A stretch of DNA of 64,000 nucleotides from Callorhinchus milii (lineage: Eukaryota), in NCBI RefSeq assembly GCF_018977255.1, contig NW_024704743.1:114826001-114890000 (forward strand), given 5' to 3'. Position 1 is the first letter of the stretch; each line of letters opens with the position of its first letter. Of this stretch, positions 1-12,761 are shown piece by piece. Under the pieces are notes generated by a model. That model saw nothing but the letters and a program-made list of their open reading frames with translations. It made no database searches and had not been told where the DNA came from. Both the position numbers and the translations under genes were made by a program.

Positions 1-213
1 CAAGTTTCCTTATTTCACGCACCTGATAATAATCCTTCAAGAAGAAAAAACAATAATAAATTAGCCACTTCAATCCACAACTGTTTGTGGGATTGGCTGC
101 CGTGTTTCACCCTCAAATATACACTCAAATCATTTTACAGTATATTCTGTGAAGCGCTTTGAAACGTCTAGAAGACGTGAAAAGCGTTATATCAAATGCA
201 AGGATTTTTTTAT
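1..213 (+). mobile_element. tRNA-Ala-headed DeuSINE-type SINE, 5' part cut by the window edge
   Basis: Matches body and tail of the full copies (caagtttcctt...ctgtttgtggg...aagcgctt...atatcaaatgcaagga). Confidence 0.85.
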
Positions 214-2159
214 TTAGATATCCTCCTGAAAGACACTGTGTCAAATGTAAGGGTTATTATTTAACAACCAAATGGAACGTTTCACTCACTTCTTCTGTCT
301 CAATTTCAGATTTTAATGAGGAAGGTATTAGCATATCAAATGGCTGAAGAGAAAACTTCAAGGACCCCACTGTTTGGCAGCCGGTTCTTATGGTCATTAC
401 TGATACTATTTAAAACCATGAAGATGTGTAAAACTTCACATTTTTACATACAACTTCAGGGCTCCAGCGCAATGTCATTGGAAAAACTGCTGTAGCCAGA
501 CTTCTGAGTCCGTCTGCTTTGGTGACTAGATCACAGTTCAGGAGGAAGAAGAGAGGGTAAAGGTGGAAAGTACAAAAGGATTGTTTATGTAGAAGAGACT
601 GTCAAGCGGAGCACCCAACAGGGGGTAGGCTCTCCTTGAACTTCTCTTAACCCAATTGTTAATTTAGGCTTACACCTTTTACAAAGTTAACTTCCGTAAC
701 TTAACCCACTTAGCTTAATTATCAACATTTGTTATCAGTAGATCACTCTTTCCAATTTATACTCTCAGCAGTCCCAACTCTGCTTTGAGTCCACTCCACT
801 TTTTGTACAAAACACTTTGTTAATTCATGTGCAAGCATGAATCTTTTGAAGCTTATATTCTTGACACTGAAAACATTAAAATCGTGCCTTGCTCGCAGAT
901 TTTCCTGTACAATTTCCATAGGGTTGGACTGCAAATAGTTTAATCCTTTTGTGATCAATACTTGCGTGTTAGCTGTCAGACAGATGTGATTATTACCTAT
1001 GGGGAATGTATCAGATTTCACATCTTGTATGAAACAGAGAGATCCTGTACCCACATCTTCTAGATTGGAATATTAAGTGTCAGCCGGTGGATGATTTAGA
1101 TTTTCTATCTGCTAGACACCTGAATTTCTTATGAATTACTGTCTGTGTTACTTGCCTGAGCTTCAGTCCGTCTAATAGATTTTACTTGCTGATTGATCTG
1201 ATACAAACAACTACATGCGAAAAATAACACTGTTTTTGAACCAACCATTCATCGTAAAATCAATTTTATTCTCCTTTGGTACAGGATCCAATAAATGATT
1301 TTTCGAGCACCAAAAGATGATTCCATTTAGTTTTGCTAGTCCAAATACTTACTATCTTGTTTATGGCAATGACAGGGCTTTGTAGGAGCTCTCCTAGACT
1401 ACCATTGGCGCTTTCAATAGATTAATCAATATTCGTTTCCATATAATTTATTTCCCCTAGAAATTGTAGGAATATGACTGAAATGGAATTAACTTTGTAT
1501 TATGACATTTGGTGAATTAATGTGCATCATTGGTCAGTATTGTCCATCTCTGAAACACCTTTATGCAAATGACACCATTTTCTCATCCTCTACTTTCTTA
1601 TGTTCTTTAATTGTACAATGTGCACTGACTTCACCATACTGTTAATAAATTACTGTTATTGCTGTGCAACAAACATGTGAGAAAAGCTTCTTGCACACCA
1701 ACCTTTGTTCGGGTAAAATAAGTGCTCAATGCAGCTGGTGGTCAAGTGCTGAGCATCTGTCGTACATTAAAATGTTTCCATTCACTGCAGGAATCCCAAT
1801 GCAGAAGTTGTAAGGTTCAAAATATTTACCAGGCAAAATAAGGTCTCATTTGCTAAGTGTGGCAATGCAGTGTTTCTTTGAGGCAATGAAGATAAATCAG
1901 TATGAAGCTTGTCAATTTTTCATTGTAATGGGTGGCATATATTTTTTACAAATTGCTCTATCTTTTGCTAATTTATCTCAACAGCTTTATCTTCAGTCTG
2001 AATCAGCTGCATCTGAGTCCAGCATTTCACTCACTGGATAGATTTATGCACTATTAGTAATGTCAGATATTTTATGCTGATGTGTTACAAATACTGAAAC
2101 CAATAAATATAGTTTGCGTTAAGCTTTTCTGTCAACGCTGTTTGAAAACAACAAGAACA

Positions 2160-2340
2160 ACAAGGACGCCCCAAGGTGTTGAACAGTCAAGGATCAAGAA
2201 CCGAGCGTTGGGGAGCAGGGTTGGGATGAGGGAGGGCAGATGGGGTAGGAGGGCGGCTGAAGGCACGGTTTGAAGGAGGCAAGGGAGGGAGTTGAGGCAA
2301 AGGGATTTTGGGATGGAGTTTCAAAGAGTGGGGGCAGAGT
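2160..2340 (-). mobile_element. L2 3' UTR fragment
   Basis: Same unit as 4790-5040 and 25280-25600. Confidence 0.75.
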
Positions 2341-2559
2341 ATTTAATTATAATTAGAAAAGTGTTTAATTATGATTAGTTTTGAAAGTTTTTTTTACATT
2401 ATCCAGTTTTGTTGTGTTGATTTTTTTGCTATATCTAAAAATAACATTTAACAATGGAAAAAATGTCAATACTCTAGAGATGTTACCCCTAGAGGAAGGA
2501 ATCAATACTGTAGGCAGTGTGATAGGCTTTGGTAGATAATGCAGATGGAAACCTGCTTT

Positions 2560-2920
2560 GTTCCATTTAGGCCTGTGTTCAGTTCTGGGAACCACACTTT
2601 AGGAAGGATGTCAAGGTATTGGAGAGGGTGCAAACGAGATTTACCAGGATTGTACCAGGATTGAGGAAACAGAAACAGAGGGGTGGTGAGGAGAATCTTT
2701 TTCACACAGCGGATCTGGAAAGCATTGCCTGAAAGGATGGTGGAAGCCGATTTGATAACAACTGTTAAGAGAGAAGTTCGATAATTATTTGGGGAGGACA
2801 AATTTGCAGGGCTATGGGGAGAGAATGGGGGAGTGGGATTGATTTGGATAGCTCTTTTCAAAGAGCCAGCACAGACATGATGGGCCGAATGGCTTCCTTC
2901 TGCTATATAATTCTATGATT
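2560..2920 (+). mobile_element. CR1 LINE 3' fragment
   Basis: tgtgttcagttctgg...ttggagagggtgca...tttaccagga and CR1 3' end ggatagctcttttcaaagagccagcacagacatgatgggccgaatggc. Confidence 0.85.
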
Positions 2921-3410
2921 AATAATAATAATAATATTCCTTGCATTCTATAGCTCTGGTACGCTTATTTCCCTTTCACGTCTAGAACATTGTTTTTTGT
3001 CAGGAATAAGAATTCACAACAGAAGTTTCTTTACTTTTTTCATATAAAGTCATGGGATTCATTTCTAATAATTCTTCACGTAACGTTTTCGATGATGATA
3101 AATTGATGATGATGATGATGATGCAAAATTTTCCATTAATTGTATTCTCTTCCCTTCCTGGATTTTGGACGAGCAGTTTGGGAATAACGTTCACAGTATG
3201 TCTTGACCTTCAAGCTCTGCTTTTATTAAGCAATTTGACTAAGATACTTTGAACTTGACCTCTGCAGGACTGGCAGGTGACAAGGGAGGAAGAAATAAAA
3301 GGATCAATCGTGACTTGAAGAAATGCATCTCAGATAGTTATTGAGCTAAAGGCATTGATAATAATGATGGAGAAGTCTGTGACTCACTCTCAATTTACAG
3401 CAAGGATACA

Positions 3411-3668
3411 GCAAGGGCGAAACCTTGGGCAAGTTTCCTTACTCCACACGCCTAATAATAATCCCTCCAAAACAAAAAAAACAATAATAAATTGGTCATT
3501 TTCAATCCATGACTGTTTGTGGGGCATTGCTGTGCGCAATTGGCTGCTGCGTTAGCCCACAAATATACAGTCAATTCACTTTACAGTGTGTTCTGTGAAG
3601 CGCTTTGGGACGTCCTCCTGACGTGAAAAGCGCTATATCAAATGCAAGGATTATTATTATTATTGTTA
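3411..3668 (+). mobile_element. tRNA-Ala-headed SINE, 5'-truncated young copy
   Basis: Near-identical to the 5289 copy from agggcgaaaccttggg to the (ATT)n tail. Confidence 0.9.
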
Positions 3669-4196
3669 TTTCTGAAGACGTACAAATAGTTTTGCTTGTA
3701 GTCGTTTATTAAAAGCACCGTCTTTATTAATTGCCAATACGTTTTCTCCATAGTCACCAAAAAATGTAACGCAATGATTAAATTCAGTCATCTCATTCTG
3801 CATCGTCAAATATCTTCAAGTTACTTGTGTGTACTGTCAATAGGGGTTGAAAAACTACATACAGTATAACACATGAGCTCCTCAGAAAAACTGCAGCATA
3901 ACTGGTTCCATGGGCACACGGCGAACTTCTTGCAGAGAACTCTGTGCACCACGCTAACTTGCCAATACTTGGCTCTGAGATGATGTCTGATCAAAGCCAT
4001 GGTCTCGCAGGTTGGCATGAGACTGCCATTTTCTTGATGGGTGCAACTCAAAACAATTCCCTGGTGCTACTCCTCAAACCTTGGCTTTTGCCAATCTACG
4101 CTTAATTAGATGTGCGATAGGAGTCAGAGCTGTGTTCTCCGACCCAGGTGACTCTTTAAGTTGCTTAAGTACTAACAATATGTATTGATTTTTCAG

Positions 4197-4311
4197 GATC
4201 CTGATTTCTGATCTTCAGAGACAAATTGAAAAGCAAACAGACATCACCCCTTCTCGCCAACGAAGATCCAATCTTCTCTACAGCTATGAAGTCTACCATT
4301 CTTTGGATGAG
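4197..4311 (+). CDS. CPA6: CPA6 exon (about exon 4): end of prodomain and start of mature enzyme
   Basis: tttcag acceptor, gtgtgt donor; ILISDLQRQIEKQTDITPSRQRRSNLLYSYEVYHSLDE with furin-type site RQRR. Confidence 0.92.
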
Positions 4312-4787
4312 GTGTGTACATCCTTCAAGTTACACTAATTCTGAACCAGTTTTATCTGACATGCAGGTGAAAGAGGTGCACTCTTCAAATTTCAGATGTC
4401 TTCTTTCAAGAGTGAAGAGCCTAAGCTTATCTAATCTTCACTCACAGCTCATCCCTCTAACAATGGAGCTCATCTGCATTGCTCTCCTCTGGGACTTGAG
4501 CATCTTCCTTGTGTTGTAACAGCTAGAACTGTATGCTGTACAGTAGCCTATGGTTTTAAAAGGCTGTGGAGACTGTGGTAGACTGGGGTAGGAAGGGAAG
4601 CAAATCCAACATAAAGGTCTCTTTCAGAAAGGGACTTGAGAAGTTCTCGCAAAAGGATTTGGAGATGATAGATAATTGATGAGATAGCTGTTTCCTAACA
4701 ATCATTTGAGAAGTTGAATGGCTAGATGAATCGATGGTCTGCTCCTACCTGAACCTTTTACGTATGTTACCAGCAGGAGCCTTAACA

Positions 4788-5040
4788 ATAACAACAACAA
4801 ATTACATTTGTCTTGCGCCTTTCACGTCAGGAAGACGTCCCAAGGAGCTGGACAGTCAAGGATCCACACCCAAGTTGGTGGTTGCGATCGGGAGGGGTGG
4901 AGGGCGGGGAGGGTAAGGGTAGGAGGCTGACCAAAAGCATGGTCGAAGAGGAGGATCTTGAGGCAGGCCTTAAAGGAGGCAAGGGAGGGGGTTGAGGCAC
5001 AGGGATTGTGGGATGGAGTTCCAGAGAGTGGGGGCCCAGA
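4788..5040 (-). mobile_element. L2 3' UTR fragment
   Basis: (AAC)n, gcctttcacgtcaggaagacgtcccaagg, gaggcaagggaggggg, gggatggagttccagag. Confidence 0.82.
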
Positions 5041-5288
5041 CCCCAATTAAACCAATTTAAAAGAAGATGATGTGCATGTATTTGTTCAATTTCCTCATTG
5101 CGCATTTTATTGCAAACTGTAACTGTTTGAGAAGGATATCCTGACCAACAATCATCCAAATAAAATTGGTTATTCGCTTCATAGCTATTTGTGGGACATT
5201 GCTGTGTGCAAATTCGCTGCTGAGTTCACCTACAAAACATACACTATTAAATCCTGTGAAGCGCTCAAAACATCCTCCTGATGTGAAA

Positions 5289-5612
5289 GGAGTCCTGTAG
5301 CTCAGTGGTTAGAGCACTCGCTTTGCAAGTGAGAGACCTGAGTTCAATTCCAGGCAGGGCGAAACCTTGGGCAAGTTTCCTTAGTCCACACGCCTAATAA
5401 TAATCCCTCCAAAAAAAAAAAACAATAATAAAAATTGGTCATTTTCAATCTATGACTGTTTGTGGGACATTGCTGTGCGCAATTGGCTGCTGCGTTCGCC
5501 CACAAATATACAGTCAATTCACATATACAGTGTGTTCTGTGAAGCGCTTTGGGACGTCCTCCCGACGTGAAAAGCGCTATATCAAATGCAAAGATTATTA
5601 TTATTATTATTA
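5289..5612 (+). mobile_element. Full-length young tRNA-Ala(TGC)-headed DeuSINE-type SINE
   Basis: Pol III A box TAGCTCAGTGG, anticodon loop ttTGCaa, B box GAGTTCAATTCC, Deu-like ctgtttgtgggacattgctgtgcgcaattggctg, L2-like stem-loop tail, (ATT)n. Confidence 0.92.
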
Positions 5613-5683
5613 AGAGATCAGATGTTAATACACTATGTCCTTTGAATAAATGTTTCACATAACTTCTCTTCTGAACTTTTCAG

Positions 5684-5785
5684 ATACAAAACTGGATGTA
5701 TCAGATGAACAAAACGCATTCACGTCTTATTTATCTCTTCTCCATTGGCAAATCATTTGAAGGACGACCTCTTTTTGTTCTTCAG
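5684..5785 (+). CDS. CPA6: CPA6 exon (about exon 5)
   Basis: tttcag/gtagtg; [34 protein letters not shown]. Confidence 0.95.
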
Positions 5786-5872
5786 GTAGTGTCTTCTGGT
5801 TAGAATAGTTATTTTAACACGATAGTCACCAGACAGCTATTAGGAGCGCTTAATGTCCAATTTTGATTTCAG

Positions 5873-5977
5873 CTAGGCAAGAGATCGCGTCCATTGAAGA
5901 GGGCAGTGTGGATAGACTGTGGCATTCATGCTAGAGAATGGATTGGGCCAGCTTTCTGTCAATGGTTTGTGAAAGAA
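5873..5977 (+). CDS. CPA6: CPA6 exon (about exon 6), zinc ligands His69/Glu72
   Basis: tttcag/gtaagt; [35 protein letters not shown]. Confidence 0.97.
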
Positions 5978-8900
5978 GTAAGTAACTAAGTTTAACCAGC
6001 TAAAATTGATTACACATTCCCCCATATGCCATTTAATACAATACAACTTTACAATGCATTTTACAACAATAACAACTTGCACAATATAGCATTCTTCACG
6101 CAGGGTATCTTCTCACAGCACTTATAATTTACATTTATATTATGCCTTTCATGTCAGGAGGATGTCCCAAGTCACTCGTCAACCCTGGCTTGACACCCAA
6201 GGGGATAGGAAGGGAAAGATGACCAAAAGGAAAGGGCTTGAGACCATTACTTATGTTAAGTTGATGAGAAGGCAGAATAATGACCTCTTGTGCCTTTTGA
6301 AATAACCAGGTCAAATTAATAAATGTTCTACCCCAGGCATTAAACCCAAGTGCAAAATGTTCACGGGGCACTGAATGACACCAAAGTGAATTATCTGATC
6401 AGGAGCACTCCAGGGTAATTCCACTTTACATCATTCCAGGTAATGAAGGTCATAGGTTCGTATCATAGACATTCATCTTGAGTCCCACATAGTGTGTGAG
6501 ATATTCTATGCGATATTGTCCTGAAAAGGTTCATGTATTTGATTTCCCAGGAGTGTTGTTCCTTTTTGGGGTGGTGGGGGGGGGGATAACTGAATGATGG
6601 TGATATTAAGCTACTAAACAATACAGTCAGTGACTTACATACATCAAATTTATCTATTGATCATGTTTCAACTAGTTATTACAAGAATTAAAAAGAAATT
6701 CTGCAAATGAAGCATTGATATGGGGAATATTATGAATAAGATTAGGTCTCAGTTTATTCAGGGAGTGAGGGGAGGAAGAGATTGATCCACATTGGCTGGG
6801 AAGAATGAATGATGGTTATGGTGTCTGTGAGAGGAGATATAAGGACATGTGGTTTATTCTTTAATCAATATCTCTTCCTGATCCACATTAATGTTCTTTG
6901 ATTTTTGTTCTTATGGGATCAGCCAAGCATCCCAAAGGAACATCATATTAGAAAGGTTTCCTCGGAGCTGCGATATCCAAAGCAATTCCTATTCCCAGTG
7001 CTTGCTTCTTTCCAGAGACAAAGGCTTGTGCAGTTTCAACATCCCATAACTTATTGGATATTTTCCTGTTGAATATTTTTCCTCTGTACCCTGTGATCCC
7101 TTCCGTTTATTGTTGTGTTGTAGAACACACATTAAAAATATTACTAAGCAGCAATCTCCCATTCATCCAGTAACATATGGCCTTGCAAATTTTATAAGAT
7201 TCTGATAAATCATGTGTATAATTTAACCCTAACCCTAATAATTACACAGATTGTACAGCACTAAAACAGATTGTTTGGCCCAACTAATCCATTCCAGTGT
7301 TTGTACTCCACATGAGCCTCCACCCCTCCTAATCACCTCATCTTAATCCACATCCCATATCCTTCTGTTCCCTTCTTCCTCCTGTATGCAGCGAGTTTCC
7401 TCTTAAATGCATTGGCGTTTTCTGGTTCAACCACAGCTTCCGACAGCAAGTTATATAAGTGTCAACATCGTTATGGAGGTTATTCTAATTCCATCAGATT
7501 TGTTCAGTGTGTATTACATATACTTTGTGGTAATAACGATTAAGCCAGAGAGGTCAACTATAAATAAGTCAAAATTCTCTTATGTTTTCACTATATGCAT
7601 TACAATACAATACAATTTACCTTGATATTGTGGCTTTCCTATAGTGGATTTCCTCTTCCAATTGAGAGGATATCTCAAATCATTTGAGCTGGTGGAAATC
7701 ATTGGGGTGGAAGCTGAAGTGAGTGGGGAGGGAAAAAATGGCTGAAAGTACAGCAAAGAGATACATCTGGAGATGGACCTTGAATGAGAGGAAGGAGAAT
7801 TATAGACTACAACTATTGCAGAATTGGATTTCATTAAAACCTATGCAAATATTATAAATTTCCAGGCCACCTAGTGTGTTTAAAGTCAGCCTTCCAAATC
7901 ACATTGGAAAATAGAAATACAGTACATAAAGACCAAAAAAAGATCAGAGAACATAGAGCAGGAAATTGCTTTGCCAGTTACAGTATAACTACTCTCAGAT
8001 TAATTCCGAAGCCACTATGATCTTTGAGCTAGATTATCAAAATTGTTGCACTCCAACAAAACACACTCTGTTCTCTATTTAAGGAACACTATTAAAATGT
8101 GTTTGGAAATAATCCCCCTCTCGAGGGCTGAATATTTCAGCAAAGGCTTGGTTTGTAGTTGTGAGAGGTTTATTGATGGGATTCTGTCAGTTAGACCAAT
8201 ATGGCTGAATAAGCTCAGAAATGCTGTTATTGTTGTTTTTAAAGTTTTCCCCTTTGAGGAGGTCTGGGCACTGCCATTATTCAGAAGTAAGGGAAAGTTT
8301 TCAAAGCATTGTTAATGTATTTAGGAAAGCTATCATTTCGACCCCATAAATTCTTCACATAATAGGATAAGCGAAGGTGCTACAGACAATGCTGTCATTC
8401 ACATCATTCCAAAGTCTTGAACAGCTTTCACTGTTCCACAAGCAACCAGAGTGCACAGGAATGTAGAGGCAAGAAGGAAACAGGGAACTTTGATCGACAT
8501 GTTGAGGAGATACTCTGTACCCAGCAGCTGGGAGAGGTTAGAGAATTCCTAGGAAAATTGCTAAGAATCACTCCGGTTAGTTTTAAGTGTGCTGGCTGTC
8601 TGCAACCACCAACGCAACAACTATAATAGCAGAGCTCCTGGGGGTAAGCAAAAGAATATTCTGTATTTGGATGTTGACTCAACATAGGAGGTGGATGGGG
8701 CGCAAAGGGAAAAGATGATTCAGGTTTTGACCTTCAAGAGAACTGCAGCCCGGTTGAAAATCAATATGACAAGCAGAACAAGCTGCGAGTCCTTGTGCTA
8801 AATACCTTCACTGAGTATTAACAGCCTTTGTGGATTAAAGAAAATGAAAATACCTTTGATAGATAGGTCTTGGCCCTAGGAAGAAGATTCATGTTCTTTC

Positions 8901-9558
8901 AAAAGCATGTTTTACATCCTCATAATACAACTTCATAGGTACAGTATAGCTAAGTCACAAGATCAATATTGGAGCCTCCCATTCAGTCATATCAAAGCCC
9001 AGGACACTTGAATCCCTGTCCTTGCAAATGAATGTATAAAGGATAAATGTCTTAAAAGATAATTACATATCTTAAATTGCATCTCATCTCAGCTTTCACG
9101 GTTATATTTCTTGTACAAATCGGTAGAAAATAGAACTGATTTGTTCAGCTGCTGACTGTAAGGATTCTTTATCCAACAGTTCTACAGCAGCAGCTTTGTA
9201 TGTCCCTTGGTTCTTTCAATATAGATTAAGGTCCTTACTAAATGTCACCGCAAGCTGCCCTTCACGGAGAGGGTTTAAAGGGTTGTATGTCCTTTAGAAT
9301 TGTCTTGATTAAACATTATAAAAGGGACAGCTGAACACACCTCAGTTGAACACATCTCTTGTTACTCTGTTTAATACGTTAGAATTGTGGTTTAGAGGGC
9401 AGCCTTGGGGGAGACTTGCAAAATGTATTCTCTTGTAACATTGTGAAGTTCCTCCCCATGACATGGCAAGTGCTGCAGACCTGCCGCAAACTAATAAAAC
9501 GGTGGAGCAGGCACAATGGGCCGAGTTGTCTACCTTTACCTATAACCACTAAGGACTC

Positions 9559-9933
9559 CATGTCCTGTAGCTCATTGGCTAGAGCACTCGCCTTGCCAGC
9601 AAGAGGAGCTGGGTTTGATTCCTGGGCAGGGTGAAATGTTGGGCAAGTTTCCTTACTCCACACATCTCTGTTTACCGAGCAGTAAGTAGGAACCCAGATA
9701 TTAGTTGAATAGCGGATCACTTTTCCTGAGGTAATAATCCCTATATAAATAAAAGAAAATGTGGTTACTGACTCCACGACTGTTTGTGGGACATTGCGGT
9801 GTGCAATTGGCTGCCGTGTTTCACCCACAAAATATAGTCAATTCACTTTACAGAATATTCTGTGACCACTTTGAGATGCCTCGAAGATGTGATAAGGAGC
9901 TATATCAAATGCAAGGATTATTATTTTTATTTA
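9559..9933 (+). mobile_element. tRNA-headed SINE, older long-form subfamily
   Basis: Same head and tail plus an extra central segment of about 70 bp (gtttaccgagcagtaagtaggaaccc...). Confidence 0.88.
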
Positions 9934-10385
9934 TAACAATGATATGTGAAAAACAATGCCCACTTGCCTGTTGTACTCATTCATGACGACACTGAACAAG
10001 AACTTCATGATATCACAGAAGGATAATTTAAAAACAAAACGGCCACATCTGGGCTCCCTCTATTTAGCTGTTTGAAAGAATAAAGCAGAGCAATACGAGG
10101 TGATTGAGAGCCTCCGTTAAGTATAAAGTTAAGAATAAAGTTATCTCTTTTTGTTACAATTAGGATTAGGATTCAAACATCTGTTGAGAAGCCAAATTGC
10201 ACAAATTTACATTGACATAGTGTTTTTCACATCAGGTGGACATCCCAAGTTTAATAGACTACAACATATATGTAAAAGATAAGCCCTAATGTGGCAGTAA
10301 ATTCAGATACCTCTTCAGATACGAAAAGTACAGTTTGTTACAAGTTACAATTGCAATGTTTAAAGTGAAGTCTCTTCCCTGTTAG

Positions 10386-10496
10386 GCTGTTCAGACGTAC
10401 CACAGTGATCCCATGATGAGAAGGCTTCTAAACCAATTGTATTTCTACATCATGCCTGTGTTTAATGTAGATGGCTACCATTATAGTTGGACAACG
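10386..10496 (+). CDS. CPA6: CPA6 exon (about exon 7)
   Basis: gttag/gtaagt; [37 protein letters not shown]. Confidence 0.96.
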
Positions 10497-10726
10497 GTAA
10501 GTAAATCGTATGTATTTATTTCTTAAGCAAATCCACCAAAGGTCACTTGAACGATATTGTTTTGTTTTAAAGAAATTACTTGCAACTTGCAGGCTTATGC
10601 CTTTATAATTAGATGTGTCAATGCATTTTAAGATCCAATAAACGTCATGTATATTGGATCTAAACAGGAAGGCGTGTAAAGAAACTTACTGGATGCACAA
10701 CTGAATTTTTAAAAATGACCATATGC

Positions 10727-11082
10727 GGTTTCCATGATGGCTCAGCAGGTTCCTTTAATGAATAATTGAGTTGTACAGACAAGGAACATACCCTGCTTTG
10801 TTATGAGTCAGTTAATCTCAACCGGGACACCAGCAGTGCAAGAGGAATAGCTTTCAGTGTCCTGGGTCAGGGAGGGAAAGATCAGTGGGAAATTAGTCAG
10901 GGTTCCTGTTTCGGATTACTGTCCATCAATCCCTGGTGGAAGTGCACATGTGTGGACATTGTAAGGCTTGGTGGTGATACCACTGCTAATCCCTGGTGGG
11001 ACTCAAGAAAAATCAAGGATTACCCATGATAACAAACATTTGGGTGAGGTACCAGAGTCCTGCCAGCATCTGTGGATTCATA
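10727..11082 (+). mobile_element. AmnSINE2-like ancient SINE in a CPA6 intron
   Basis: Colinear blocks resembling the AmnSINE2 consensus as recalled: ttccatgatggctcagcaggt, tacagacaagga, cctgggtcagggaggg, cagggttcctg, tgtgtggac, ttgggtgaggtaccagag. Confidence 0.7.
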
Positions 11083-11464
11083 GATCAATAGAAAGAAAAA
11101 TGCCTTTAGGAAAAAACTTGAGGCAAGTAAACTGGAAGAGAAAATTAGTGAGACAAAAGAGGCCACATGTTCTCTTCGACCGTGCTTATAGACATCTCCC
11201 ACCTCCGCCACTGTTAAGTGCTCTGAGACATTACCCTGGGTGGAGGGCGTTATATAAGTGCAAGTTGTTGCTGTCCTCAGCACTGAAACTCCGGAGAAAC
11301 TAGTTTGCAATACAATTAAATACAACAATACTCAGCATGACAGTAAGTAACTTCTCGCTTCTGCCAAGATTACAATTGGAGTGGAGCTTTCCTTTACGAA
11401 TCGGAATTCTGATAAATATAAGTGTTTTTTTAAAAAAAAGACAATTTTTTTGCTTCCTCTTCAG

Positions 11465-11555
11465 GATCGGTTCTGGAGAAAGACTCGTTCTAACCATACC
11501 AACCTCAGCTGTCATGGAGTTGATGCCAATCGTAATTGGAATGTCAAGTGGTGCA
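11465..11555 (+). CDS. CPA6: CPA6 exon (about exon 8), Arg127 and Asn144/Arg145
   Basis: cttcag/gtatgt; [30 protein letters not shown] plus 1 nt. Confidence 0.96.
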
Positions 11556-12761
11556 GTATGTAAAAACAGAACACTATTCGTCTCCATTCGTTTTAACTGT
11601 ATAAACGTTGAACTTCAAATTTATACCCCAAATATTTGTTGCTGAAGTGGTGAATTTGTGACATATGCAGGCTCAACTGCACAACTTTGGTTTAGCCTCT
11701 ATCCTGTTTGCACCTCATCCCCTCCGCTCCACCATCAACGGCCACACTTTCAGCAACTGTGCCCCGAAGCTTTGAAACTCTCTCTTAATCCCTCCATCTT
11801 GTTCCCTCCTTCCTCTCTTTTAGATCACGACTGAAGACTAATGGGTTGTAACTGATGATCATTCAAATTGAAAAGTATCTTAAAAATAACTATTTGCCGG
11901 AATTCTTTGCTTCTCTCCTAAAGACGGGTGGGGGGGGGGGGGGGGGGGGGACTCTTGCTATGGCCAAATGTAGCATCCAACGACCTTTGGTACCTCAACC
12001 AAGTAGTCCTTCCTCACATGTAAGCCTAGTCAGTGACAGTTGCAAATAAGATTCTTTTTAAGTCAATTCACTTTACTGTAGATTCTGTGAAGCGTTTTGA
12101 TACATCTCAATGACTTGATAAGGCGCTGTATCAAATGCCAGGATTATTATTACTATAACTGTGGAAAAACAGTTTTAATGTATTCTCCCCAAATGAGCTC
12201 ATTAACTCATCAAAAACAACAACTTGCAGGCATATAGTGCCCTTCAGGCTGAGCAGCATCTCGGAGCGCTTTGAATCCAATCACTATCTTTGAAAGTTTA
12301 TAAAATGTTGGGGAAATCCAAGTATTACAATTAACCTGGGGCCAGGTTTATTCTGGTTATCTTCAAGGTAGAGCTGTTCAGGAAGCAGTGTGAGGTGTAG
12401 GATCCTAATTTCCAGTCTTTAATGTCACAAGCTGGAGGTTGGACACTCTCCAAAGGCTCAGTTCCTACACGAAGCATTCTGGCTATCATTATCTACTGCG
12501 GAAACACCTGCCATCAGCAAAACAAAACCAGGGTCCTGAGGACCGATAAAGCTGCGATCTCACACTCCATGGTATAAATGATTGAAAATAATTGGCATCT
12601 CAGCTGTAATGTTATTTAAGAATTCAAACCACAATTTTAATACCCTTGTGCATCATCTTCAAAGCTTATAACCTTGTTAACATCTCTTCAGTAAGAGTAA
12701 GCACTCCCTCTTATGCATCTCCCTGCAGTTCATATTTATAAAAATTTTTATCACTATTTAG

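Noticed and set aside
365..415. WQP codons that could be the missing upstream CPA6 prodomain exon
   Set aside because: Frame closes after WQPVLMVITDTI, with no suitable splice sites or further similarity
3900..4100. Possible second AmnSINE2-like remnant (ggttccatgggcac)
   Set aside because: Only one short block resembles the family; not supportable by eye
5289..5360. tRNA-Ala(TGC)-like sequences here and at about 26610-26679, 34088-34160 and 63940-64000
   Set aside because: No proper acceptor stem, and each continues into a SINE body and tail; they are SINE heads, not tRNA genes
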